From: Candidatus Pacearchaeota archaeon
Lineage (GTDB): Archaea > Nanobdellota > Nanobdellia > Pacearchaeales > GW2011-AR1
Assembly (NCBI GenBank): GCA_018304165.1
Contig: JAGVWS010000033.1
Coordinates: 60-64,059 of the forward strand
Direction of reading: 5' to 3'
Length of the DNA: 64,000 bases
Shown: positions 44,359 through 53,650 of the stretch, in pieces
How the letters are laid out: the number at the start of each line of letters is the position of its first letter
Position numbering within the stretch: position 1 is the stretch's first letter
Notes under the pieces: model-generated
Told to the model about the DNA's origin: nothing
The model's database searches: none
The model's input: the letters and a program-made list of their open reading frames with translations, nothing else
Made by a program: the position numbers and the translations under genes

Positions 44359-44850
44359 ATGTATGACTCACAAAAAGCACACTATATTGTTGTAACTGGA
44401 ATAATCATAAAAGATGGAAAATTCCTAATTACTAAAAGAGCACCAACAGAGAAGGCGTTCCCAAATCAATGGACTGTTCCAGGAGGAAAATTAGAATTAA
44501 AAGATTATCTAAATAGGCCAAAGGACACTTCCTCTCATTGGTACAATATCTTTGAAGAATTGTTAAAAAGAGAGGTCATGGAGGAAGTCGGACTGAAAAT
44601 TAAGAATCTTGGTTATTTGACAAGCCTTTCTTATATTCGTTCAGATAGCATTCCCACAATAATAGTCAGCCTTTTTGCTGATTATGATGATGGAGAAATA
44701 AAACTCTGCTCAGCACTTACAGAGTATGCTTGGGTTACATTAGAAGAAGCAAAGAGTTATGACTTGATTGAAGGAATCTATGAAGAATTAGGAATGCTGG
44801 ATAGGCTTCTAAAGGGTGATTCTGCTGGTACTTGGGAAAAGAGAGGTTAA
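44359..44850 (+). CDS. Nudix hydrolase
   Basis: Nudix box region (GGKLELKDY...FEELLKREVMEEVGL). Start set at Met 44359 because ORF 44242 reads through tRNA-Leu. Confidence 0.6.
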   Translation: MYDSQKAHYIVVTGIIIKDGKFLITKRAPTEKAFPNQWTVPGGKLELKDYLNRPKDTSSHWYNIFEELLKREVMEEVGLKIKNLGYLTSLSYIRSDSIPTIIVSLFADYDDGEIKLCSALTEYAWVTLEEAKSYDLIEGIYEELGMLDRLLKGDSAGTWEKRG

Positions 44851-44905
44851 ACTTCTTTCTACATAAAAGATACTTTTAAAATACAAACTCTCTTGTTTAA
44901 TTCAT

Positions 44906-44981
44906 GCACTCGTAGCTCAGCTTGGATTAGAGCGAAAGGTTCCTAACCTTTAGGTCGCAGGTTCAAATCCTGCCGAGTGCG
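44906..44981 (+). tRNA. tRNA-Arg (anticodon CCT)
   Basis: Acceptor GCACTCG/CGAGTGC, anticodon stem AAAGG/CCTTT with loop TTCCTAA, T-arm GCAGG-TTCAAAT-CCTGC. Confidence 0.85.
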
Positions 44982-45088
44982 TTTTTGAATTACGACAGGA
45001 TTTTCGATTATCTTTAAAACTCCTCGAGAGAGTTTTAAACCTATAACAAGAAACATTTAAAACTCTCTTAAATCAAATAAATTATAAA

Positions 45089-45160
45089 GCATCGGTCGTA
45101 TAGTGGTTAGTATCTCAGCCTTCCAAGCTGATGACCGGGGTTCAAATCCCCGCCGATGCA
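45089..45160 (+). tRNA. tRNA-Gly (anticodon TCC)
   Basis: Acceptor GCATCGG/CCGATGC, anticodon stem TCAGC/GCTGA with loop CTTCCAA, T-arm CGGGG-TTCAAAT-CCCCG. Confidence 0.85.
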
Positions 45161-45173
45161 TAAAAGATAAGAA

Positions 45174-46328
45174 ATGGACAAGGAAAAATTATCAAAATTG
45201 TATGATAAGTATTACCTGCTCTTAGCGCTGATTCCTGTTGTTCTGGTAATTAGCTCTCTTGTATATCTTGCTGGCTTTTATTCTCAGAACGGCAGTTTTA
45301 TCGCTAAGGATGTTTCTCTGTCAGGAGGAACTACTATCACTCTTACTGATCCTTCAACCCTTTCTGATCTCTCTGATGCCGAGTTCCTTCTCAGTTCAAA
45401 GATTCCTGATGCTAATTTCAGAAGACTGACCGATATCAGGACTAGCTCTCCCCTGGCTCTTGTTCTTGAATCTTCTCTTAGTCCTGAAGAGCTGAAACCA
45501 CTTATCAAAGAAGCTCTTGGTTATGAGTTAACTTCTGAGAATTCAAGTATAGAATTTAGCGGGCCATCAATCAGTAATTCTTTTTATTCTGAGCTTTTAA
45601 GAGTTGTTCTATTATCCTTCATCCTCATGGGTCTTGTTGTCTTCATGATTTTTGGCACCAGCAGGTTCTTTAAATCTCTTGCCCTTTTATTATCTGTTCT
45701 TGCTATAAGGCTGACTTTTCCCCTTAGTTCTGGCTTGATGATTTTTGTTATCCTTGTTGTTACAGGTTCTTTGGTTTACTGCTTGCTGAAACTTGAGAAG
45801 AAGAAGCAGAATTATCTTATTCTGCTTCTTGGTATTGTTTTTGCTGTAGTCTCAATAATTTATCCTGCCTATTTTTTGATTTATGTTCTTTTAGTCTTTT
45901 TATTGCTGGTTTACATCTTTAACAGCGTCCCAAGCATAGCTGTTATTTTTGCCGCTTTTTCTGACTTAGTGTTGACTGCCGCAGTTATTGATATTCTTGG
46001 CATTAGGGTTTCTGCTCCCGGACTTGTCGCTTTCCTGATGCTCATTGGTTATAGTGTTGATACGGATATATTGCTTACTAATAAAGCCCTGAGAGGTTCC
46101 GGAAGCATTAACTCCAGAATTTATGATGCTTTCAGGACAGGATCCTTCATGACCCTTACAGCTCTTGCGGCTGTCCTTCCTGCATTCTTACTGATTACAG
46201 GCCTTCCCGATGCTTTCAGGCAGATCTTTCTCGTTGTTTCCATTGGATTAGTTGCTGACTTGTTCAATACATGGCTTACTAATTCAGGCATAATTAAATG
46301 GTACTGCCAAAGGAAGGGGATGATATGA
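45174..46328 (+). CDS. secF: Protein-export membrane protein SecF
   Basis: TM1, periplasmic region with the G-x-D-x-x-GG-like motif (DVSLSGGTTITL), then five C-terminal TM helices. Confidence 0.65.
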   Translation: MDKEKLSKLYDKYYLLLALIPVVLVISSLVYLAGFYSQNGSFIAKDVSLSGGTTITLTDPSTLSDLSDAEFLLSSKIPDANFRRLTDIRTSSPLALVLESSLSPEELKPLIKEALGYELTSENSSIEFSGPSISNSFYSELLRVVLLSFILMGLVVFMIFGTSRFFKSLALLLSVLAIRLTFPLSSGLMIFVILVVTGSLVYCLLKLEKKKQNYLILLLGIVFAVVSIIYPAYFLIYVLLVFLLLVYIFNSVPSIAVIFAAFSDLVLTAAVIDILGIRVSAPGLVAFLMLIGYSVDTDILLTNKALRGSGSINSRIYDAFRTGSFMTLTALAAVLPAFLLITGLPDAFRQIFLVVSIGLVADLFNTWLTNSGIIKWYCQRKGMI

Positions 46329-47839
46329 TAAAATTTTCTCTTAGAGTTTGGATTCTGATCATTGCTCTTGCCCTGTCTTTATTGGCAATTTCTCCCAGCT
46401 TTTCTGATGGGGTGATTATTAAGAGTGTTGAGAAAAACTCTTCTTCCTATGATGAGGGTCTTCGTCCTGGCATGATTATCAAGTCTGTTAATGGAGCCCT
46501 TATATCCAACATGGCAGATTATTCTGATGTTCTAAGGGAAATTTTTAATGATAGTTTTGAGAAGAAAGTTTCTGTTAATACTGATAAAGGGGCATTCATC
46601 ATTTTTAGTGCCAGTGAGCCTAACATCACTATTGGTGACAAGCCTAAAACTAAGCTTAAAATGGGTTTGGATCTTCTGGGCGGAGCGAGGGCTCTTGTTC
46701 AGCCCGAAGGGGTTCTTTCCAATCAGGAATTGACTGATTTGATTGATGTTACAAGCAACAGATTGAACATTTTTGGTCTTAGTGATGTGACCATAAGGCC
46801 GGTTACTGATATTTCTGGAAATAAATACATGCTTATTGAAATTGCGGGGGCTACTCCTTCGGATATCAGGGACCTAGTTGCTAAGCAGGGGAAGTTTGAG
46901 GCCAAGATTGGTAATGATACTGTGTTTAGGGGGGGTGAGGAGGATATAAAGGAGGTCTGCCGTTTTGATGCTACTTGTTCCGGAATCAGGTCTTGCAGTC
47001 CTCAACCAGATGGTACTACTGTTTGTCAATTCGCATTCGTGGTATATCTCTCTCCTGAAGCTGCTCAGAGGCATGCCAACATTACATCTAAACTCAAGCT
47101 GGATCCTGGCCAGGGGGGAAGATATCTTGATAAGAAGCTCGACTTATTAATTGATGATGTCCTTACTGATTCTTTATTGATAAGTGAAGGATTGAAAGGC
47201 CAGGTAACAACCGAAATCAGCGTTCAGGGTTCCGGCGTTGGTGCTAATCAGGAGGAAGCATTCCAGTCAGCTACCGAGTCAATGAACAAGCTTCAGACTA
47301 TAATGATTACCGGAAGTCTTCCTTATAAAATAAATATTGTAAAACTTGACAGTCTTTCGCCAAATCTTGGTCATGAATTCACAAAGAATATTCTTCTCTT
47401 GGGGTTGATGGTCTTCGCGATAGTTTCTTTAATCATATTCATAAGATATAGAAAGATTAAAATTACTCTGTCAGTTATTCTTACGATGTTTTCCGAGGCT
47501 TTCATAACTCTTGGCGTTGCTGCTCTTATTGGCTGGAATCTTGACGCTCCAAGCATTGCCGGAATAATCGCCGGAATTGGTACTGGTGTCAATGACCAGA
47601 TAATTATTCTTGCAGAATCGACAAGCCGGGGCCAAAGGAGCATTAAAGAAAGGATTAGGAGTGCTTTATTCGTAATTTTTGCTGCTTTCTCAACGATTGT
47701 TGTTGCCATGATACCTCTGTTCTGGACTGGTGCCGGCCTTCTGAAAGGATTTGCGTTCACAACAATTGTCAGCATCAGCATAGGAATTTTGATAACGAGG
47801 CCGGCCTTTGCAGACATAATAAAAAAGATGGAGTCATAA
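46298..47839 (+). CDS. secD: Protein-export membrane protein SecD
   Basis: Large periplasmic domain with GLDLLGGARALVQPE (LDLxGG); six TM helices in total. Confidence 0.7.
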   Translation: MVLPKEGDDMIKFSLRVWILIIALALSLLAISPSFSDGVIIKSVEKNSSSYDEGLRPGMIIKSVNGALISNMADYSDVLREIFNDSFEKKVSVNTDKGAFIIFSASEPNITIGDKPKTKLKMGLDLLGGARALVQPEGVLSNQELTDLIDVTSNRLNIFGLSDVTIRPVTDISGNKYMLIEIAGATPSDIRDLVAKQGKFEAKIGNDTVFRGGEEDIKEVCRFDATCSGIRSCSPQPDGTTVCQFAFVVYLSPEAAQRHANITSKLKLDPGQGGRYLDKKLDLLIDDVLTDSLLISEGLKGQVTTEISVQGSGVGANQEEAFQSATESMNKLQTIMITGSLPYKINIVKLDSLSPNLGHEFTKNILLLGLMVFAIVSLIIFIRYRKIKITLSVILTMFSEAFITLGVAALIGWNLDAPSIAGIIAGIGTGVNDQIIILAESTSRGQRSIKERIRSALFVIFAAFSTIVVAMIPLFWTGAGLLKGFAFTTIVSISIGILITRPAFADIIKKMES

Positions 47840-47874
47840 AAAGATGGAGTCATAAACACAAGTTCAATTTTAAA

Positions 47875-48336
47875 ATGCTTCCGAAATACCACCTTCTCTA
47901 TGGAGCTATTTTTGCATCTGTCCTGCTTGCCGTTTTTCCGCAGATTACTTTAGTTGGAGCTATTGTAATCCTTGCTTCAACTTTTTTCATAGATGGCGAT
48001 CATTATCTTGTCTATGTTTTCAGGAAGAGAGATATAAGTTTGAGAAATGCCCTGAATTATTACATGGAAATAAGGAGGAAGTATGGCCTGACGCATAAGA
48101 AAGGGGTGAAGATGCCCCTTCTTTACTTCCATATTGGTGAAGCAGTAATTCTTGCTGCTATCCTTTCTTTAAGATATGAACTCTTCCTGTGGATTTTAAT
48201 AGGTTTTTTATTCCATATCTTTTTGGATTTCATAGACATGAAGAGGCTTGGTGTTTTAGGCCAGAGAGATTACTTTGCTCTGCAGAGATTTATGAGAAAA
48301 AGATTTTCTAAGAAAGACTATTACAAGTATGTTTGA
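47875..48336 (+). CDS. Membrane protein of unknown function
   Basis: Four predicted TM segments; no family recognised. Confidence 0.3.
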   Translation: MLPKYHLLYGAIFASVLLAVFPQITLVGAIVILASTFFIDGDHYLVYVFRKRDISLRNALNYYMEIRRKYGLTHKKGVKMPLLYFHIGEAVILAAILSLRYELFLWILIGFLFHIFLDFIDMKRLGVLGQRDYFALQRFMRKRFSKKDYYKYV

Positions 48337-48763
48337 TAAGGGGATTAGTAAAATTTGATAGCCATGATAATTATTAAACAAATATGTTTTACGTTATAAT
48401 TGATTATTAAACTTTGATAGCCATGATAATTATTAAACAAATCTGCAATAATCATAAAATAATGGTGCAGTTCAGAATTTGGTGAGCAGTGTAAATTCAC
48501 ACTAAGTTTTGATATAACTATTATTAATAGCTTTTATGCTCACTATAAACAACTATCTTAATATTAATTAATATGTCGGACACTTGCATGCGGCTTATGT
48601 CTGTGTTTTACAGTTATCAGTTAATTATTCTTGGTTCTAACAGTCTATCCGCATAGGTTTAGTTATAGGCAACTTGTTAAGGGCAAAACAACCTAACCTA
48701 TGCCTATAATGACAGATTCTAAGGTAACTTATTGGTCTGTTATTGCTATAATCCCCCAGAACC

Positions 48764-50218
48764 TTAATCAACAATCCTGTAACTATCAAACCTTTCCTTT
48801 AGCTTATTCCAATTCTCCGGATTCTCCCCGCTGATTATATGCTCATAAGTGCGGAGAGCCATGTCCCATGAATGGTCTGTATTGTTGTAATTAAACCTTC
48901 CCGGCCTCCCGATTGTGTACAATCCTTTTATCGAATCGCAGTAATTTAATACTGCATTTAAAGGCTCTAAAAAGCCCCTTAGATAAACAGGGTATACTCT
49001 TGGGCCTGTTTTAACAATATACTCCTGAATTTCTTTCCTGCTTTTTAATATTCCTGCTTCTTCCAGCTGCTTAAAAATTAAATCTATATTCTCCTTAGTC
49101 GGCTCTTTTGTAGTTTCAACCATCAATCCTGTTTTTCCCGGAGGACATGTCAGTTTAGAGAAAGCTTTCTGCTCGCTTACTCTTTGAAACAGGAATTCCT
49201 TTTCAGGAAAGAACACCCAGCAGTCTTCCATTGCGCGCTCTTTATTTAAAATAATGTAAATTATGCTGACAGGACGGTAAGTTAAATTAAGTGTTGCTTC
49301 TCTAGCCCTTGAATACTCTGAACCATTATCTTTAACTATGCCAAGAAGATAATCAAGGTAGATGGTAGATATAACATAGTCCGGCTTGAGCTTTACTTTC
49401 TTTATTTTTACGTAATTTATTTTTTTATCTGTTACATTAATCTCTGAAATTTCTGTTTCCAGAAGGACCTGCCCGCCATTTTTTTCTATATTCTTAACTA
49501 AGTCTTCAGCAATCTGCTTCATCCCATGGGGAGGATAATGAAAAAACTGGGCTGAAAACTTGGAGCTGTCGCCAAAAACTGCTCCTTTAATGAGTTGGAA
49601 GATGTTGGAAACTGCAACTCTTCTTATAGCAAGCTCCCTGTCAAGGTTGCCTGCTTCAGTGTTCCATACTTTTTCAGCATAGCCTTTAAAAGAAAGATTA
49701 TAAAGAGTTCTTCCAAATCTGTTTGTCAGGTAATTCTCGTAAGAATCATCTGGCCGCCTGCTTATCAATTTTCCCGCAATGTCCAGCATCGCTCTTGCGG
49801 CAATGACAGGCATCTTTGTCATTATTTGTGACATTTTAAGGGGAAATTCAAAGTAATTATTGCGCAGGTAAATTCTGTTTTTCTTTTTTACTTTAAGGAG
49901 AGGCGTAACTTTATCCATTTCTTCAAGAATTCCCTGCAGAATAGTGTATATTTTGTGCGGGCCAAAATCAAAATGAAATCCCTTGTAGTCAAAACCCCTT
50001 GCCAATCCGCCGACATAATCCTGCCTTTCAACAACGAAAACTTCATATTCTGGATTCTGCGAAAAGTAGTATCCAGCAGCAAGTCCCGCAATTCCTGCTC
50101 CAATAATAACAACTTTCTTTTTATTCTTAACAGTAGATTCTTTAGCAACCATTTTATTCTTAACAGTAGATTCTTTAGCAACCATTTTATTCTTAACAGT
50201 AGATTCTTTAGCAACCAT
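48764..50218 (-). CDS. FAD/NAD(P)-binding oxidoreductase (amine oxidase / phytoene desaturase-like) with MVAKESTVKNK x3 N-terminal repeat
   Basis: Rossmann dinucleotide motif VVIIGAGIAGLAAGYY. 33-bp tandem repeats x3 at the 5' end (50120-50218). Confidence 0.55.
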   Translation of the reverse strand: MVAKESTVKNKMVAKESTVKNKMVAKESTVKNKKKVVIIGAGIAGLAAGYYFSQNPEYEVFVVERQDYVGGLARGFDYKGFHFDFGPHKIYTILQGILEEMDKVTPLLKVKKKNRIYLRNNYFEFPLKMSQIMTKMPVIAARAMLDIAGKLISRRPDDSYENYLTNRFGRTLYNLSFKGYAEKVWNTEAGNLDRELAIRRVAVSNIFQLIKGAVFGDSSKFSAQFFHYPPHGMKQIAEDLVKNIEKNGGQVLLETEISEINVTDKKINYVKIKKVKLKPDYVISTIYLDYLLGIVKDNGSEYSRAREATLNLTYRPVSIIYIILNKERAMEDCWVFFPEKEFLFQRVSEQKAFSKLTCPPGKTGLMVETTKEPTKENIDLIFKQLEEAGILKSRKEIQEYIVKTGPRVYPVYLRGFLEPLNAVLNYCDSIKGLYTIGRPGRFNYNNTDHSWDMALRTYEHIISGENPENWNKLKERFDSYRIVD

Positions 50219-50395
50219 TATCAGAACATGAAATTCAGAGTTTATTTAAAGATTTGTTTACTTGATTGCTCAGTTGCCCAATGATTTATTATAACTTGTA
50301 CTGGCAACTATTAGCGGACCATTTCTATTATAAATTTACCAAACATCAATCAATTATTATATGCTTAACTATATTACTAAACATTAATCCAAACA

Positions 50396-51100
50396 TCAAT
50401 CAATTATCCTGTACTTAATTAATGTCCACACGGCTTCCAAGCCATCGCGCCAGTTTATCTTCTTTCCCTCGGCGACAGTTCTTGGATGATAGCTTATTGG
50501 AACCTCAAGAATCTTATAGCCTTTTTTGAGGACTTTTGCAGTAACTTCGGGGCAGAATTCAAAGCGGTTGGATTTTAAATCAAGGGATTTTAGAACTTTA
50601 GCATCAAAAGTCTTGTAACATGTTGGCTCGTCGGTGATGTTGGCGTCGTAGAGGAGATTAGCCAGAAAAGTTAAAACTCTGTTTCCAATGAAGAACTTAT
50701 TCAATAAAGAAGGCATTTTCTTTGTCTTTGGAAACCTTGTTCCGTAAACAACCTTTGAGCTTCCTTCCAATATGGGCCTGACAAGTTTATAATAGTCCTG
50801 CGGATCATACTCCAAATCTGCATCCTGAATTATAATAATATCCCCTCTGGCCTCTTTAATCCCTCTCCTGACAGAATAGCTCTTCCCCACATTCTTCCTG
50901 TTCAAAAATATTCTTATATCACTCTCCTTAATGCCCTTCAAAATCTCTCTTGTTGAGTCTTTAGAGCCGTCATCAATGATTATTATCTCTTTTGGAATTT
51001 TTACTGCCTTGACTTTTTTTATTATTTCTTTTATTGTTTTTTCTTCGTTGTAAGCGGGCATCACAACCGAGAGCTTTATACTGCGGGACTTCTTGTTCAT
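50396..51100 (-). CDS. Family 2 glycosyltransferase (dolichyl-phosphate sugar synthase-like)
   Basis: VVMPAYNEE...IIIDDGSKDST...DADLEYDP (DxD) signature. Confidence 0.8.
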   Translation of the reverse strand: MNKKSRSIKLSVVMPAYNEEKTIKEIIKKVKAVKIPKEIIIIDDGSKDSTREILKGIKESDIRIFLNRKNVGKSYSVRRGIKEARGDIIIIQDADLEYDPQDYYKLVRPILEGSSKVVYGTRFPKTKKMPSLLNKFFIGNRVLTFLANLLYDANITDEPTCYKTFDAKVLKSLDLKSNRFEFCPEVTAKVLKKGYKILEVPISYHPRTVAEGKKINWRDGLEAVWTLIKYRIID

Positions 51101-51156
51101 AAGAAGAATTGTAGAGGAGCATATTTAAAATTTGCCTTAAGAGATTATAGAATGAA

Positions 51157-51426
51157 TTATAAGGAGTCTTGGGTTAACTCTACAGTTCCGTGCTTGAGTC
51201 TGCACTGGCAGGAAAGCCTCTTACCGCCTTTTAAATCAATTCCCATAACCTTTTCTGCCTCTGTTGGAGGGGTAAGATTTTCTTTTCCTTTAACCACTCT
51301 TACTTCACAAGTTCCGCAAACCCCCTCCTGACAGGCTATTAAAATTCCCAATGATTCGCAGGTTTCCCTAATCTCGCTGCCATCAGCAACTTCCGCACTG
51401 CTGCTGCCAATTTTTACAAAGCCCAT
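51157..51426 (-). CDS. 2Fe-2S ferredoxin-like protein
   Basis: Cys pattern CQEGVCGTCEV...CQC. Confidence 0.5.
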   Translation of the reverse strand: MGFVKIGSSSAEVADGSEIRETCESLGILIACQEGVCGTCEVRVVKGKENLTPPTEAEKVMGIDLKGGKRLSCQCRLKHGTVELTQDSL

Positions 51427-51578
51427 TGCAGGAAAAAAATAACAGAGTATAAAAGGTTTACTAAAATCTGGACTGGTGATCAGAGGATTTCACCAGCGCT
51501 TCATTTCCAGATCTAAAACAATTCCAACAATTTTCTGTATCATTTGTGTTCAAAATTACGCCAATTTTCATAGTTAGT

Positions 51579-51974
51579 CTAACTCGCATTATTCACCATT
51601 TCAATTACATCTTTTTCAACTTGTTCGGCTTCCTTCCTGTCTACTTCTGGAAAGAATTGAGAAATCATGGTCGGTTTCATTCCAACAATTTTTACTTTTT
51701 TGTATTCCTCCAGAACATTAATTTTACATGGCATGCAGAGAGAGATAAGCCTATTCTTGTTCAAAAATTGGTTAGCATATTTTCCAGAGCATATCTCAAT
51801 AATTTTTAGCGGTTTTTGACTAAATCCTTTAGCAGCCAGCCTTTCCTTTACATCATAAATCTGAAATAATGCCCAGCCTTTTTGCTCAACGGCCTTCAAA
51901 ACTGAAACAACCGCATCATCAAAACTCTTTTTTGTTTCAACAATGTATGCGAAATCATCAGTTTTCATTATCAT
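51579..51974 (-). CDS. DUF302-family protein
   Basis: Size and pattern (FDDAVVSVLKAVEQKGWALFQIYDVKERLAAKGF) of DUF302. Confidence 0.5.
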   Translation of the reverse strand: MIMKTDDFAYIVETKKSFDDAVVSVLKAVEQKGWALFQIYDVKERLAAKGFSQKPLKIIEICSGKYANQFLNKNRLISLCMPCKINVLEEYKKVKIVGMKPTMISQFFPEVDRKEAEQVEKDVIEMVNNAS

Positions 51975-51977
51975 ACC

Positions 51978-52277
51978 TCACTTCAGTTCTTTTTTCATTT
52001 CTTCATATTGCTTCTTCTTTATTTCTCCTGATGCATACCTTTTTTTGAGTATGTTTAATGAATCTTCCTCTTTCTTGCCTGACTGAGCCGCATTGATAAG
52101 AGTAACAACCAGCCATATTAACACTCCCCAAAAAAGCAGCATAAAAAGGAATCCGAATCCCATTCCAAATCCCATCATGCCGTAGCTACCCATTCCAAAA
52201 CTGCCAAATAAGAGCAGTACTGCTACTGCAACAAGAACTAATACCCAAACATTTTTGTTTTCTTCCATAAATATCAC
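51978..52277 (-). CDS. Small membrane protein with C-terminal SHOCT domain
   Basis: TM region, then LNILKKRYASGEIKKKQYEEMKKEL. Confidence 0.5.
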   Translation of the reverse strand: MIFMEENKNVWVLVLVAVAVLLLFGSFGMGSYGMMGFGMGFGFLFMLLFWGVLIWLVVTLINAAQSGKKEEDSLNILKKRYASGEIKKKQYEEMKKELK

Positions 52278-52855
52278 TCCCCAAACTCCTTTTTCATGTC
52301 TTCAAACTCTTTTTTTGTTATTTCTCCTTTAATAAATCTCTTTTTCAGAATATTGAGAGGCGTCTTAGAGGCAGTATTTCTTATCCAAAATCTAGGAGTA
52401 ATCCACACTATTAAAAAAATGACTGCTGCAAAAAGCAATATCCAGAAAATGTTCCAATAACCATAATTGCTATAAGCATAACTAGTTGGGTAAATGCCCA
52501 TCATTCCTCTACCCATCATATTCATCATGCCTCCAGAACCCATCATTCCATAGCTGATATAGACATTATCATTACAGTAAATCCTTTTTGCCATGTTGAT
52601 ATGCACTTGTTTCAAGGATTCAGAGCCTTCTCCGCCCATCATGTTGTCCATAATTTCATGGGCTTCTCCGGGATGCATTTGCTCCATGTAATAATCCCCA
52701 ATAGCCTCAAGTTGTTCATTACTTAGCTTGTTGCAGCTTATCTTGCTTTCCACAAGCTTCTTGCCTTCCTCAATTTCATTATTATGGCCTTCTTGCGCCA
52801 AAACTGCAGCAGTGCTCAACAAAAATATTGCTAAAATCAATATAGTCTTTTTCAT
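52274..52855 (-). CDS. Secreted Met-rich protein (candidate metal-binding) with C-terminal TM and SHOCT domain
   Basis: Signal peptide; Met-rich motifs (MHPGEAHEIMDNMMGGEG, MMGSGGMMNMMGRGMMG); SHOCT LNILKKRFIKGEITKKEFEDMKKEF. Confidence 0.5.
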   Translation of the reverse strand: MKKTILILAIFLLSTAAVLAQEGHNNEIEEGKKLVESKISCNKLSNEQLEAIGDYYMEQMHPGEAHEIMDNMMGGEGSESLKQVHINMAKRIYCNDNVYISYGMMGSGGMMNMMGRGMMGIYPTSYAYSNYGYWNIFWILLFAAVIFLIVWITPRFWIRNTASKTPLNILKKRFIKGEITKKEFEDMKKEFGE

Positions 52856-52864
52856 GGTTTCACT

Positions 52865-53164
52865 TTAGAGCATCCTACTCCTCAATCTTTCGCTTAACAC
52901 TTCCTTTATTATATCAAAAGCTTTGATGATTTTCGGATTTATGAGTTTGTAATAGACATTCTTGCCCTTCCTATTTGATATAACAATACCTTTGGACTTC
53001 ATAATTGACAAATGCTGGGAAATATTGGCTTGGCTTAATTTTGTTTTTTCAATAAGTTCTGTTACTGACATTTCTTTATCTTTCAAAAGATTCAATATTT
53101 CTAATCTTGTAGGATTTGAGAATGTCTTACATAATTCAGCGTGTATTTTGTATAATTCCTTCAT
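52865..53164 (-). CDS. ArsR/SmtB-family metalloregulator
   Basis: HTH region NPTRLEILNLLKDKEMSVTELIEKTKLSQANISQHLSIMKSKGIV. Confidence 0.8.
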   Translation of the reverse strand: MKELYKIHAELCKTFSNPTRLEILNLLKDKEMSVTELIEKTKLSQANISQHLSIMKSKGIVISNRKGKNVYYKLINPKIIKAFDIIKEVLSERLRSRML

Positions 53165-53422
53165 AATAACATATTAGAATATCATAATATTTAAATACTT
53201 TTCGGTTAAAAACTAAGGTGGGGCTTCCTAACAACTAACTGAAAACGAAAAAACGCTCGGGGGCAAACTCTGATTTTTTCCTGCAGAACGTTGCACTAAA
53301 AATCCAACTTCTGACAAGGGCAACTAACAGGAATTATACCCGACGCTAACCTTACAGCTCACTAAAATCCATATATAAGCCGGTAAATTCTTTTACATTA
53401 CTTATGAAATTAACCATGAGTG

Positions 53423-53639
53423 GAGTATCTCCGATGAATAGCATTATAGTCAATAGAAGTACAGTTATTAAGAAATAGAGCATGTTAATTAACCTTGAAA
53501 AGATGACATAGTATGATTATTATCAATGGTAAGTGCTATAAAACGCTTACTAATAATTATCAAGTCATATTCACATTAATTGTAAATTCGGGGGTTTATT
53601 GCTACTTATTACTAATTTATGGCTGTATCGGAGATACTC
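53423..53639. mobile_element. MITE-like element (217 bp) with 13-bp terminal inverted repeats GAGTATCTCCGAT
   Basis: Left GAGTATCTCCGATGAATAG and right CTGTATCGGAGATACTC (reverse complement GAGTATCTCCGATACAG). Contains the small ORF 53513-53740, which is probably spurious. Confidence 0.65.
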
Positions 53640-53650
53640 AAATGAATGCC

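Noticed and set aside
53165-53420. RNase P RNA or SRP RNA in the GC-richer patches upstream of arsR.
   Set aside because: Only vague resemblance to CR-I/CR-V (AAGGGCAAC, ACAGGAATT...CCGACGCTAAC). No convincing P4 pseudoknot partners or SRP helix-8 motifs could be found by eye. The shared 45-nt motif is recorded as a finding instead.
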